Assembly (NCBI GenBank): GCA_963730005.1
Contig: CAVSPO010000014.1
Location: 82,650-146,649 of the forward strand
Source of the DNA: an uncultured Actinomycetota bacterium
GTDB lineage: Bacteria; Actinomycetota; Actinomycetes; Propionibacteriales; Propionibacteriaceae
Reading direction: 5' to 3'
Length of the DNA: 64,000 bases
The notes beneath the pieces were generated by a model that did not search any database, was not told where the DNA came from, and saw nothing but the letters and a program-made list of their open reading frames with translations. Position 1 is the stretch's first letter. Each line of letters opens with the position of its first letter. This document shows positions 20,010 to 28,765 of this stretch, piece after piece. Position numbers and translations under genes: made by a program.

Positions 20010-20046
20010 TTCGAAGGGCCGACCCGCTTGGGGTCGGCCCTTCGAA
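20010..20046. terminator. GC-rich hairpin between convergent pyk and tRNA-Leu (likely bidirectional terminator)
   Basis: Perfect 16-bp stem TTCGAAGGGCCGACCC / GGGTCGGCCCTTCGAA with a 5-nt loop. No U-tract on either strand. Confidence 0.6.
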
Positions 20047-20118
20047 GTTGCTGCTGCTCGTCGCGACGCGGTCGCAGGGTGTGCGGCTGCGCCGAACCCG
20101 ACTGCCGACATGAAGGTG

Positions 20119-20205
20119 TGGTGCCCAAGAGGGGAGTCGAACCCCTACGGCCTCATCAGCCAGACGGGTTTGAGCCGTCCGCGTATACCATTCCGCCACT
20201 TGGGC
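20119..20205 (-). tRNA. tRNA-Leu (anticodon CAA), CCA encoded
   Basis: Reverse complement is GCCCAAGTGGCGGAATGGTATACGCGGACGGCTCAAACCCGTCTGGCTGATGAGGCCGTAGGGGTTCGACTCCCCTCTTGGGCACCA. It folds as a cloverleaf: 7-bp acceptor, GACGG/CCGTC anticodon stem, loop CTCAAAC, long variable arm, GGTTCGA T-loop. Confidence 0.95.
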
Positions 20206-20305
20206 TGGCTCCCGGTGGGGAGCGCCGTCTTATTGTGCCACATTCGCGCTCTCGCGGTGCACCCATCGACACATGAGACGTTCGCGAGACGACACCGGCT
20301 TGGCT

Positions 20306-20355
20306 GTGTCGGAGACTACATTGTCAGGCCCCGTGTCGGAGACCACATCGACAAG
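20306..20355 (+). repeat. Two 23-bp direct repeats (19/23 identical, 27-bp period) upstream of pdtaR
   Basis: GTGTCGGAGACTACATTGTCAGG (20306-20328) and GTGTCGGAGACCACATCGACAAG (20333-20355), 55-104 nt upstream of the pdtaR ATG. Confidence 0.8.
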
Positions 20356-20409
20356 GGTAAGGTTGGGTTTGTGGTCCACGACCCAATCCGAGAGCAAGGA
20401 AGCATCTGA

Positions 20410-21291
20410 ATGGGTAAGGCATCTGACGTTGATGAAACTGCTCGACCGCGAGTGATGGTCGCCGAGGACGAGGCACTGATCCGCCTCGATCTGGTTGAAC
20501 TCCTCCAGGACGAGGGATACGAGGTGGTCGGGCAGGCCGGCGACGGCGAGTCCGCAGTCGAGATGGCGCGCGAGCTGAAGCCTGATCTGGTTGTGATGGA
20601 TGTGCGGATGCCGAGAATGGACGGCATCGCTGCCGCCGACGTCATCGCCAGTGAGAGAATCGCCCCAGTGGTCATGTTGACCGCCTACAGCCAGCGTGAG
20701 TTGGTCGAACAGGCGCGTGAGGCCGGTGCGATGGCCTACGTGGTCAAGCCGTTCGACGCCTCTGACGTGGTTCCTGCCATCGAGATCGCGATGGCCCGAT
20801 TTGCTGAGATCCGCGCGGTCGAGGACGAGGTGCTCGACCTTGAGGAGCGCCTCGAGTCGCGCCGGATCGTCGACCAGGCCAAGGGCATTCTGCAGGAGGC
20901 GCTGGGGTTGACTGAGCCGGAGGCTTTCCGCTGGATCCAGAAGACGGCCATGGATCTGCGCAAGTCGATGCGTGACGTCGCAGAGGGGGTCATCTCGCAC
21001 GGCAAGGGCGGCGCAACAGCGGGGGGCGAAGATGCGGCCGGCGGGGCACCTGCCAGTGCAGAGTCCGCCGTCGCCAAGCGGCCCGCGTCCACAGTGGAGG
21101 GGCGGTCGCGGACCAGCACCGCCCTGGCGAAGAATTCGACCACCAAGAGCAGCCTGGCGAAAATACCGACAGCCAAGAGCAGCCTGGCGAAAAAACCGAC
21201 AGCCAAGGGCAACCTCGCGAAGGAGCCCGCCTCGAAGGACACCGTGGCCCGCAAGCCGCCTGAGCCCGGGGCCGTCGATCCTGCCCAGTAG
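20410..21291 (+). CDS. pdtaR: ANTAR-domain response regulator (PdtaR-like) with a ~90-aa basic repeat tail
   Basis: REC domain (VMVAEDEALIRLDL, DLVVMDVRMPRMDG) plus ANTAR domain (RRIVDQAKGILQEALGLTEPEAFRWIQKTAMD), close to the M. tuberculosis PdtaR pattern. AAGGAAG SD. Confidence 0.92.
   Translation: MGKASDVDETARPRVMVAEDEALIRLDLVELLQDEGYEVVGQAGDGESAVEMARELKPDLVVMDVRMPRMDGIAAADVIASERIAPVVMLTAYSQRELVEQAREAGAMAYVVKPFDASDVVPAIEIAMARFAEIRAVEDEVLDLEERLESRRIVDQAKGILQEALGLTEPEAFRWIQKTAMDLRKSMRDVAEGVISHGKGGATAGGEDAAGGAPASAESAVAKRPASTVEGRSRTSTALAKNSTTKSSLAKIPTAKSSLAKKPTAKGNLAKEPASKDTVARKPPEPGAVDPAQ
21112..21261 (+). repeat. Five tandem 30-bp (10-aa) coding repeats in the pdtaR 3' region
   Basis: Units at 21112, 21142, 21172, 21202 and 21232 encode TSTALAKNST, TKSSLAKIPT, AKSSLAKKPT, AKGNLAKEPA and SKDTVARKPP. 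Units 2 and 3 are 28/30 nt identical. Confidence 0.9.
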
Positions 21292-21300
21292 AGTCGGGGC

Positions 21301-24018
21301 GTGAGCCAGAACACCAAGACCCCTTCGCCGCCGCAGCAACCCACGCTGCTGCTGATCGACGGGCATTCGGTCGCGTTTCGCGCCTTCTACGCCTTGCCGG
21401 CTGAGAACTTCTCCACCAGCACCGGGCAGCACACCAACGCGGTGTACGGCTTCACGTCGATGCTGATCAACCTGCTGCGCGACGAGGCTCCGACTCACGT
21501 GGCCGTGGCGTTCGACGTGTCCCGGCAGACGAAGCGAGCAGCTGCTTACGAGCAGTACAAGGCCACTCGCGCGAAAACCCCGGAAGCCTTTCAGGGCCAG
21601 ATCTCGTTGATCAAGCAGGTGCTGGACGCCTTGAGCATCGTGCACAGCGAGCTCGAGGGTTACGAAGGCGACGACATCCTGGCCACGCTCGCTGTTCAGG
21701 CCAAGGCCGATGGCATGAAAGTGCTCATCTGCACCGGTGATCGCGACACCCTGCAGTTGGTTGATGACAACGTCACGGTGCTGTACCCCCGCCGTGGCGT
21801 CAGTGATCTGACGCGTTTCACCCCGGTTTCGGTGCTGGAGAAGTACGGGGTGCCGCCGGCCCGGTATCCGGAGCTGGCGGCGTTGGTGGGCGAGACCAGC
21901 GACAACCTGGTTGGGGTGCCGGGTGTCGGCGTCAAGACGGCCGCCAAGTGGCTCAACCAGTTCGACGGCCTGGACAATCTGCTCGTTCGCGCCGAGCAGG
22001 TGCCGGGCAAGGTCGGCCAGAGCCTGCGCGAGCACCTTGACGATGTCCGCCGCAACCGTGCACTCAATGCCCTGGTCACCGATCTCGAGCTGGACGTGAC
22101 CACCGATGCGTTGACTCGTCAGCCGTGGCAACGGGAACCGGTGCACCAGCTTTTCGATGCCCTCGAGTTCCGGGTACTGCGCGACCGCCTGCTCGAGACC
22201 CTGCCGCCGGAGGACCACGAGGCCGAGGAGGGTTTCGACCTGACCGGCGTCCGGCTGGCGCCCGGGGAACTGGGCGGGTGGCTTTCCGAGCATGGCAGCG
22301 GGCAGCTGACCGGGCTCGACGTGATCGGCCATTGGGGCGCGGGCACCGGCGACGTGCATGCCCTCAGTCTGGCCAGCGGCGACGGCGCCGCCGCGTGGCT
22401 TTCGGTGAGTCAGTTGCCCTCTGGGGACGAGAACGCGCTGGCCGGCTGGCTGGCTGACCCGGGCGCATTGAAGGCGCTGCACAGCGCCAAGGGTCCGATT
22501 CTGGCGATGTGGGAACGCGGTTGGGTCCCGCAGGGTCTGGCGTGTGACACCGAGCTGGCGGCCTACCTGTTGCGCCCCGACCAGCGCAGTTTCGATCTCG
22601 CTGATTTGTCGGTCCGCCACCTCAGAAGGGAACTGCGGGCCGAGCAGGCGTCCACGGGCGGGCCGCAGGACGCCCTCGACTTCGGTGATGATGATTCCGG
22701 AGCCGAGGAGGCCGTTCAGGCTTCCATGGTGCGCGCTCGGGCTGTCATTGACCTGGGGGAGCAGCTCACTGCGGAGTTGGCCGGCCTGGGCCAGGAGAAT
22801 TTGCTGCACGATGTCGAAATGCCTCTGCAAACCATTCTGGCTCGCATGGAGCGCTGCGGCATCGCTGTCGATGCGGACGTCCTGGAGACACTGCGCGCGG
22901 ACTTCGACGCGAAGGTGGTGAGCGCGGAGCAGTCCGCCTACGACGCGATCGGCAAGAGGATCAACCTGGGTTCCCCCAAGCAGTTGCAGGCAGTGCTGTT
23001 CGATCAGCTGGGCCTGCCCAAGACCCGCAAGATCAAGTCGGGTTTCACCACTGACGCCGAGGCGCTGGAATCGCTGTTCGACCAGACGCGGCACCCGTTC
23101 CTTGCCCAGCTGTTGGCCCATCGGGACTCGATCAGGCTGCGGCAGACGGTGGACGGTCTGATCAAGGCGGTCAGTGACGACGGCCGGGTGCACACCACCT
23201 ACCAGCAGACAGTCGCAGCCACCGGGCGGCTCAGCAGCACTGACCCGAACCTGCAGAACATCCCGATCCGCACCGAAGAGGGCCGGCGCATCAGGGAGTC
23301 CTTCGTGGTGGGTCGGGGTTTCGAGTCGCTGATGAGCGCCGACTACTCACAGATCGAGATGCGCGTGATGGCCCACGTCTCGGGTGACGAGGCGCTGATC
23401 GAAGCTTTTCGCAGCGGCGTCGATTTCCACACCGTCACCGCTTCCCGCGTCTTTGGTGTTGGGCTGTCCGAGGTCACCCCGGCCCAGCGTGCCGGTGTCA
23501 AGCAGATGAACTACGGTCTGGCCTACGGCCTGAGTGCTTACGGCCTGTCCACCAGGCTCGGGGTTTCCGTCCCCGAGGCGCGTGAACTGATGGACGACTA
23601 CTTCGCCACTTTCGGCGGGGTTCGCGACTATCTGTCCACGGTGGTTGCCGAGGCTCGCCGCACCGGGTACACCGAGACCCTGCTGGGGCGCCGGCGCTAC
23701 CTGCCCGACCTGAACTCGTCCAATCGGCAGCGTCGCGAGATGGCCGAGCGGATGGCCCTGAACGCGCCCATCCAGGGCACCGCTGCCGACATCATCAAGG
23801 TGGCCATGATCAACACCGAGGCGGCGCTGACCGCTGCCGGGCTCCGGTCGCGGATGTTGTTGCAGGTGCATGACGAACTCGTGCTGGAGGTGGCCCCCGG
23901 TGAGGGAGCGGTCGTGCAGGCCCTGGTGCGCGAGGCGATGGGCAACGCGCTGGCTCTGAAGGTGCCGTTGGACGTGTCGGTCGGGCTGGGACCGACATGG
24001 CACCAGGCAGCACACTGA
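21301..24018 (+). CDS. polA: DNA polymerase I
   Basis: 5'-3' exonuclease N-terminus (LLLIDGHSVAFRAFYA), Klenow-like polymerase motifs (DYSQIEMRVMAH, QVHDELVLEV). GTG start. Confidence 0.96.
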   Translation: MSQNTKTPSPPQQPTLLLIDGHSVAFRAFYALPAENFSTSTGQHTNAVYGFTSMLINLLRDEAPTHVAVAFDVSRQTKRAAAYEQYKATRAKTPEAFQGQISLIKQVLDALSIVHSELEGYEGDDILATLAVQAKADGMKVLICTGDRDTLQLVDDNVTVLYPRRGVSDLTRFTPVSVLEKYGVPPARYPELAALVGETSDNLVGVPGVGVKTAAKWLNQFDGLDNLLVRAEQVPGKVGQSLREHLDDVRRNRALNALVTDLELDVTTDALTRQPWQREPVHQLFDALEFRVLRDRLLETLPPEDHEAEEGFDLTGVRLAPGELGGWLSEHGSGQLTGLDVIGHWGAGTGDVHALSLASGDGAAAWLSVSQLPSGDENALAGWLADPGALKALHSAKGPILAMWERGWVPQGLACDTELAAYLLRPDQRSFDLADLSVRHLRRELRAEQASTGGPQDALDFGDDDSGAEEAVQASMVRARAVIDLGEQLTAELAGLGQENLLHDVEMPLQTILARMERCGIAVDADVLETLRADFDAKVVSAEQSAYDAIGKRINLGSPKQLQAVLFDQLGLPKTRKIKSGFTTDAEALESLFDQTRHPFLAQLLAHRDSIRLRQTVDGLIKAVSDDGRVHTTYQQTVAATGRLSSTDPNLQNIPIRTEEGRRIRESFVVGRGFESLMSADYSQIEMRVMAHVSGDEALIEAFRSGVDFHTVTASRVFGVGLSEVTPAQRAGVKQMNYGLAYGLSAYGLSTRLGVSVPEARELMDDYFATFGGVRDYLSTVVAEARRTGYTETLLGRRRYLPDLNSSNRQRREMAERMALNAPIQGTAADIIKVAMINTEAALTAAGLRSRMLLQVHDELVLEVAPGEGAVVQALVREAMGNALALKVPLDVSVGLGPTWHQAAH

Positions 24019-24059
24019 GCGAGCGTCGTCTCCGCGTCGTCTCCTGAGGTGGTCTGCGA

Positions 24060-24089
24060 TTGACCGACGGCAGCATTCGAAACTAGACT
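24060..24089 (+). promoter_or_regulatory. Putative sigma-A-type promoter for rpsA (TTGACC-18 nt-TAGACT)
   Basis: -35 TTGACC (24060-24065) and -10 TAGACT (24084-24089). Would give a ~145-nt leader before the rpsA ATG. Confidence 0.4.
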
Positions 24090-24241
24090 CGAATGGCGTT
24101 GTGGCCTGATGCCGTCCCGGACAGAGTGGGCGGTGCGCGGGCACCCAATTCCTGCTGGGAATGGATTCCTACGGGGCTTGTGGTGGCCAGGGGCACGCGC
24201 GCTCAACTTAACCCCCATCCAAACATCGGAGCCCTAACTAC

Positions 24242-25696
24242 ATGACCTCCTCCATTGAGGCCTCCACCCAGGTTGCAGTCGACGACATCGGGTCGGACGA
24301 AGCTTTTGAAACTGCAGTTGATTCCACGATCAAGTACTTCAATGACGGTGACATCGTCACCGGCATCGTTGTCAAGGTCGATCGTGATGAGGTCCTTCTC
24401 GACATCGGGTACAAGACCGAAGGAGTCATTCCCTCCAAGGAACTCTCCATCAAGCATGACGTCGATCCGTTCGACGTCGTCCATGTCGGGGATGAGGTGG
24501 AAGCCCTTGTCCAGCAGAAGGAGGACAAGGAAGGGCGTCTGATCCTCTCCAAGAAGCGCGCCCAGTACGAGCGCGCCTGGGGAACCATCGAGAAGATCAA
24601 GGAAGAGGATGGCGTCGTCACCGGCACCGTCATCGAGGTCGTCAAGGGCGGTCTGATCGTGGACATCGGCCTGCGCGGCTTCCTGCCTGCGTCGCTGGTC
24701 GAGATGCGCCGTGTTCGCGACCTGCAGCCCTACGTCGGTCAGGAGCTCGAGGCCAAGCTCATCGAGCTGGACAAGAACCGTAACAACGTGGTGCTGTCGC
24801 GTCGCGCCTGGCTCGAGCAGACCCAGTCCGAGGTGCGTCAGAACCTGCTCACCCAGCTGCAGAAGGGTCAGATCCGCAAGGGCACTGTCAGCTCCATCGT
24901 CAACTTCGGCGCCTTCGTCGACCTGGGCGGGGTGGACGGCTTGGTGCACGTCTCCGAGCTGAGCTGGAAGCACATCGATCACCCTTCCGAGGTCGTCGAG
25001 GTCGGCAAGGATGTCACTGTCGAGGTCCTGGACGTCGACCTGGATCGCGAGCGCGTGTCGCTGTCGCTGAAGGCCACTCAGGAAGATCCGTGGCAGGTGT
25101 TCGCACGGACCCACCAGATCGGCGAGATCGTGCCCGGCAAGGTCACCAAGCTGGTGCCGTTCGGTGCGTTCGTCCGCGTCGAGGAGGGCATCGAGGGTCT
25201 GGTGCACGTGTCCGAGTTGGCCGAGCACCACGTCGAGATCCCCGAGCAGGTCGTTTCGGTGAACGAAGAGGTGATGGTCAAGATCATCGACATCGATCTG
25301 GAGCGTCGCCGCATCTCCTTGAGCCTCAAGCAGGCCAATGAGGGCGTTGACATCGCTGCGGAGGACTTCGATCCGTCGCTGTACGGCATGACTGCCAACT
25401 ACGACGAGGACGGCAACTACATCTACCCGGAGGGCTTCGACCCCGACACCAACGAGTGGAAGCCCGGTTACGAAGAGCAGCAGGCCGCTTGGGAGGCTCA
25501 GTACGCAGAGGCTCAGGCCCGCTGGGAGGCGCTCAAGAAGCAGGCTGCCGAGGCTGAGGTTGCCGAGCATCATATGGTCGCCGAGGCCAGCACTGCGCAC
25601 AGCTACACCGCAACGTCTGACGAGGCGCCGGAAGGCTCCCTGGCCTCCGACGAGGCACTGCAGGCCTTGCGTGACAAGCTGACCGGTAGCAAGTAG
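24242..25696 (+). CDS. rpsA: 30S ribosomal protein S1
   Basis: Four S1 domains (GDIVTGIVVKVD, GTVIEVVKGG, GTVSSIVNFGAFV, GKVTKLVPFGAFV) and an acidic C-terminus. Confidence 0.96.
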   Translation: MTSSIEASTQVAVDDIGSDEAFETAVDSTIKYFNDGDIVTGIVVKVDRDEVLLDIGYKTEGVIPSKELSIKHDVDPFDVVHVGDEVEALVQQKEDKEGRLILSKKRAQYERAWGTIEKIKEEDGVVTGTVIEVVKGGLIVDIGLRGFLPASLVEMRRVRDLQPYVGQELEAKLIELDKNRNNVVLSRRAWLEQTQSEVRQNLLTQLQKGQIRKGTVSSIVNFGAFVDLGGVDGLVHVSELSWKHIDHPSEVVEVGKDVTVEVLDVDLDRERVSLSLKATQEDPWQVFARTHQIGEIVPGKVTKLVPFGAFVRVEEGIEGLVHVSELAEHHVEIPEQVVSVNEEVMVKIIDIDLERRRISLSLKQANEGVDIAAEDFDPSLYGMTANYDEDGNYIYPEGFDPDTNEWKPGYEEQQAAWEAQYAEAQARWEALKKQAAEAEVAEHHMVAEASTAHSYTATSDEAPEGSLASDEALQALRDKLTGSK

Positions 25697-25714
25697 TCGA
25701 AAAGCAAGCACCCT

Positions 25715-25761
25715 GCGCGCCCCTGGTCCCTGTTCGGGATCGGGGGCGCGCTGCTCTTTCC
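25715..25761 (+). terminator. Intrinsic terminator after rpsA
   Basis: 16-bp stem (25715-25730 pairs with 25736-25751, two G-U pairs), 5-nt loop, followed by TGCTCTTTCC. Confidence 0.75.
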
Positions 25762-25797
25762 AGTTGCCGGACGGCAAGCGGGCGTTCGGGTGGCACA

Positions 25798-26469
25798 GTG
25801 ACTGCCACAATGGAGGGCATGGATGACCGCGAGACAATCCGGGTGGGCTTGACCGGTGGTATCGCCTCCGGGAAGTCGGCCGTGGCTCACCAGCTGGCCG
25901 TTCTCGGTGCAGTGATCATCGACCATGATCTGCTGGCCCGTGAGGTGGTGGACCCGGGCACGCCAGGGCTGGCCGCCATCAAGGAGCGCTTCGGCGCCGA
26001 GGTGCTTGCGTCAGCTGGCACCCTGGACCGGGCTCGACTGGGGAGCATCGTTTTCGCGGACGACCGGGCCCGCGCGGACCTCAACGCCATCGTGCATCCG
26101 CAGGTGACTCGACTGGCCGACGAGCGGGAGGCCGAGGCCGCTGGCGGGTCCGTGATCGTGCACGTGATCCCGCTGCTGGTGGAAACCGGCCAGCATGAAG
26201 ATTTCGACCTGCTGGTGGTGGTGGACGCCACTGGTCGCGACCAGCTGGAGCGACTGCGTCGCCGCGACGCCTACACCGTTGAGCAGGCGCAGGCCCGCAT
26301 CGGCGCCCAGGCCACGCGTGAGCAGCGGCACGCCGTCGCCGACGTCGTGATCGACAACACCGGGACCCCCGCGCAGACCCGCGTCCAGGTGGAGCGGCTG
26401 TGGCGCGAAACGATTCCCGCCGTGCGTCAGGGTCTGGCAACATCGCGGCACAATCAGGACCGTCGGTAG
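25798..26469 (+). CDS. coaE: Dephospho-CoA kinase
   Basis: [13 protein letters not shown]-loop near the N-terminus. Start is uncertain: track GTG 25798, or in-frame ATGs at 25810 and 25819. ATG 25819 fits homolog length best. Confidence 0.9.
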   Translation: MTATMEGMDDRETIRVGLTGGIASGKSAVAHQLAVLGAVIIDHDLLAREVVDPGTPGLAAIKERFGAEVLASAGTLDRARLGSIVFADDRARADLNAIVHPQVTRLADEREAEAAGGSVIVHVIPLLVETGQHEDFDLLVVVDATGRDQLERLRRRDAYTVEQAQARIGAQATREQRHAVADVVIDNTGTPAQTRVQVERLWRETIPAVRQGLATSRHNQDRR

Positions 26470-26482
26470 CCGCGTCTACGCT
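26461..26482 (+). promoter_or_regulatory. RecA-NDp/PafBC-like promoter for uvrB (CGTCGGTA-N8-TACGCT), leaderless spacing
   Basis: 8-mer at 26461-26468, 8-nt spacer, TANNNT hexamer at 26477-26482, then 6 nt to the uvrB ATG (26489). The element overlaps the coaE 3' end. Confidence 0.45.
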
Positions 26483-26488
26483 GTTGGC

Positions 26489-28573
26489 ATGCGTCCCGTC
26501 ACCGATGTTCAGCGCCGCGTCGCCCCGTTCAAGATGCAGGCCTCCTTCCAGCCCTCTGGTGACCAGCCACAGGCAATCGACGAGTTGGAACGCCGAATCA
26601 AGGCCGGTGAGCAGGACGTGGTGCTGATGGGGGCCACCGGCACGGGCAAGACAGCCACCGTGGCCTGGCTGGCCGAGCGGCTGCAGCGCCCGATGCTGGT
26701 GATGCAGCCCAACAAGACGCTCGCTGCGCAGTACGCGAGCGAGCTGCGGCACTTCTTCCCCGACAACGCAGTCGAGTACTTCGTCAGCTACTACGACTAC
26801 TACCAGCCCGAGGCCTACATCCCGCAGTCCGACACTTTCATCGAGAAGGACTCCAGCCTCAACGAGGAAGTTGAGCGGCTGCGCCACTCTGCCACCAACT
26901 CCCTCCTGACCAGGCGCGACGTCATCGTGGTGGCCACCGTTTCGGCGATCTACGGCCTGGGCACTCCCCAGGAGTACGTCGACCGGATGGTGACTCTGGC
27001 GGTGGGTGACGAGTGGGAGCGCCGGGACCTGTTGACGAAGCTGGTCGAGATGCAGTACGTGCGCAACGACCTCGCCGGAACCCGGGGCACCTTCCGGGTG
27101 CGCGGGGACACGCTCGAGATCTTCCCGATGTACGAGGAGCACGCCGTGCGGGTTGAGTTCTTCGGCGACGAGATCGACGCCCTGTCCTTGATGCATCCCC
27201 TGACCGGGGAAGTGATCAGTCAGGACAAGCAGCTCTACGTGTTCCCGGCCAGTCATTACGTGGCCGGTCCGGAACGGATGGAACGGGCCATTCGCGACAT
27301 CGAGGCCGAGCTGGGCGCACGGCTTGCCGAGTTCGAGAAGCAAGGCAAACTCCTGGAAGCCCAACGACTGCGGATGCGCACCACCTATGACATCGAGATG
27401 ATGCGCCAGATCGGCACCTGTGCCGGAATCGAGAACTACTCCCGCCACATCGACGGGCGCGGCCCGGCCACACCGCCCAACTGCCTCCTCGACTATTTCC
27501 CCGAGGACTTCCTGCTGGTGATCGACGAGTCGCACGTCACGGTGCCGCAAATCGGGGGCATGTACGAGGGCGACATGAGCCGCAAGCGAACACTCGTCGA
27601 GTTCGGTTTCCGGTTGCCGAGCGCGATGGACAACCGACCACTGCGCTTCGAGGAGTTCACCGAACGCATCGGCCAGACCGTCTACTCCTCCGCCACGCCG
27701 GGCCCCTATGAGCTCGCCCGTTGCGACGGCGTCGTCGAGCAGATCATCCGCCCGACCGGGCTGGTGGACCCCGAGATCATCGTCAAGCCCACCAAGGGCC
27801 AGATCGATGATCTGCTCAGCGAGATCCGGCTTCGCGCCGAGCGTCGGGAACGGGTTCTGGTCACCACCCTGACCAAGAAGATGTCCGAGGACCTGACCGA
27901 CTACCTGCTCGAGCACGGGGTGCGGACCCGCTACCTGCACTCTGAGGTCGACACCCTGCGGCGCGTCGAGCTGCTGCGTGAGCTGCGGCTGGGGGAGTAC
28001 GACGTGCTGGTGGGCATCAATCTGCTTCGTGAAGGCCTCGACCTGCCGGAGGTGTCGCTGGTGGCCATTCTGGACGCCGACAAAGAAGGCTTCCTGCGCT
28101 CCGGGCGTTCGTTGATCCAGACGATCGGCCGGGCGGCGCGCAACGTGTCCGGCCAGGTGCACATGTACGCCGACACGATCACGGCCTCGATGGCATCAGC
28201 GATCGATGAGACCAACCGGCGCCGGGCCGTCCAGGTCGCCTACAACACCCGCCACGGCATCGACCCCCAGCCGCTGCGCAAGGAGATCGCCGACATCACC
28301 GACATGCTGGCCAGGGAGGATGCTGACACCGAGGCACTGATGGCCAGCACCCAGTCCCGTGGCCGCAAGAGCTCGCCGCTGCCGGCTGTTGCCGGCAGGG
28401 CGCTCGACCCGTCTTCGTTGGCCAGCACCGAGTTGGCCGCGCTGGTCCAGGAACTCACCGAGCAGATGCACGCGGCGGCAGGCAATCTCGAATTCGAGGT
28501 GGCTGCACGACTGCGCGACGAGATCTCCGACTTGAAGAGGGAACTGCGGCAGATGCTCGAAGCCACCAGATAG
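26489..28573 (+). CDS. uvrB: Excinuclease ABC subunit B
   Basis: [19 protein letters not shown] aligns with the UvrB N-terminus. GATGTGKT Walker A, DESH box, C-terminal UVR domain ([11 protein letters not shown]). Confidence 0.97.
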   Translation: MRPVTDVQRRVAPFKMQASFQPSGDQPQAIDELERRIKAGEQDVVLMGATGTGKTATVAWLAERLQRPMLVMQPNKTLAAQYASELRHFFPDNAVEYFVSYYDYYQPEAYIPQSDTFIEKDSSLNEEVERLRHSATNSLLTRRDVIVVATVSAIYGLGTPQEYVDRMVTLAVGDEWERRDLLTKLVEMQYVRNDLAGTRGTFRVRGDTLEIFPMYEEHAVRVEFFGDEIDALSLMHPLTGEVISQDKQLYVFPASHYVAGPERMERAIRDIEAELGARLAEFEKQGKLLEAQRLRMRTTYDIEMMRQIGTCAGIENYSRHIDGRGPATPPNCLLDYFPEDFLLVIDESHVTVPQIGGMYEGDMSRKRTLVEFGFRLPSAMDNRPLRFEEFTERIGQTVYSSATPGPYELARCDGVVEQIIRPTGLVDPEIIVKPTKGQIDDLLSEIRLRAERRERVLVTTLTKKMSEDLTDYLLEHGVRTRYLHSEVDTLRRVELLRELRLGEYDVLVGINLLREGLDLPEVSLVAILDADKEGFLRSGRSLIQTIGRAARNVSGQVHMYADTITASMASAIDETNRRRAVQVAYNTRHGIDPQPLRKEIADITDMLAREDADTEALMASTQSRGRKSSPLPAVAGRALDPSSLASTELAALVQELTEQMHAAAGNLEFEVAARLRDEISDLKRELRQMLEATR

Positions 28574-28765
28574 CGCTGGTTTCTGCGACATTGCGGGTCT
28601 GTGAGAAACTGGGGCAGGGCAATTGTGGGTCAACGCTGCTTTTCGGTCTTGTGTTGGCCCACCTTGAGTCCCTCGACAGCACCCGCTGGGCCCGCCGCAC
28701 GACCGTGAGGTTTGTTGGGTCCTCGGCGTGCACGTCCATCCGCTCACGAGTTATCCGGAGGCCTG

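Noticed and set aside
19971-20409. tRNA-Leu as an integration hotspot for a genomic island.
   Set aside because: There is no integrase, no duplicated tRNA 3' fragment and no foreign-looking genes on either side. The flanks are pyk with a terminator hairpin, and pdtaR.
20273-20455. A 60-aa ORF spanning the direct repeats upstream of pdtaR (repeated VSETT).
   Set aside because: Codon usage is poor (low GC3), there is no SD, and it runs into pdtaR in another frame. The internal repeat simply reflects the non-coding DNA repeat.
20230-23193. Very long antisense ORFs opposite well-supported genes. Examples: 987 aa opposite pdtaR/polA; 678 aa at 8847-10883 opposite murG/murC; 693 aa at 26081-28162 opposite coaE/uvrB; 718 aa at 35248-37404 opposite uvrC/rapZ; 544 aa at 24203-25837 opposite rpsA.
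   Set aside because: High-GC genomes keep antisense frames free of stop codons. The translations are Arg/Gly/Pro/His-rich low-complexity strings with no recognisable motifs, while the sense-strand genes have unambiguous family signatures.
24093-24245. A 50-codon upstream ORF in the rpsA leader whose stop overlaps the rpsA ATG (ATGA).
   Set aside because: By my count third-position GC is only about 60 percent, against roughly 90 percent or more in neighbouring genes. Its ATG lies only 3 nt after the predicted -10 hexamer, so it would probably not be in the transcript.
28574-28765. yybP-ykoY (Mn2+) riboswitch upstream of the TerC-family gene.
   Set aside because: The conserved core sequences were not found by eye. 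It is kept only as a low-interest leader-region finding pending an Infernal search.
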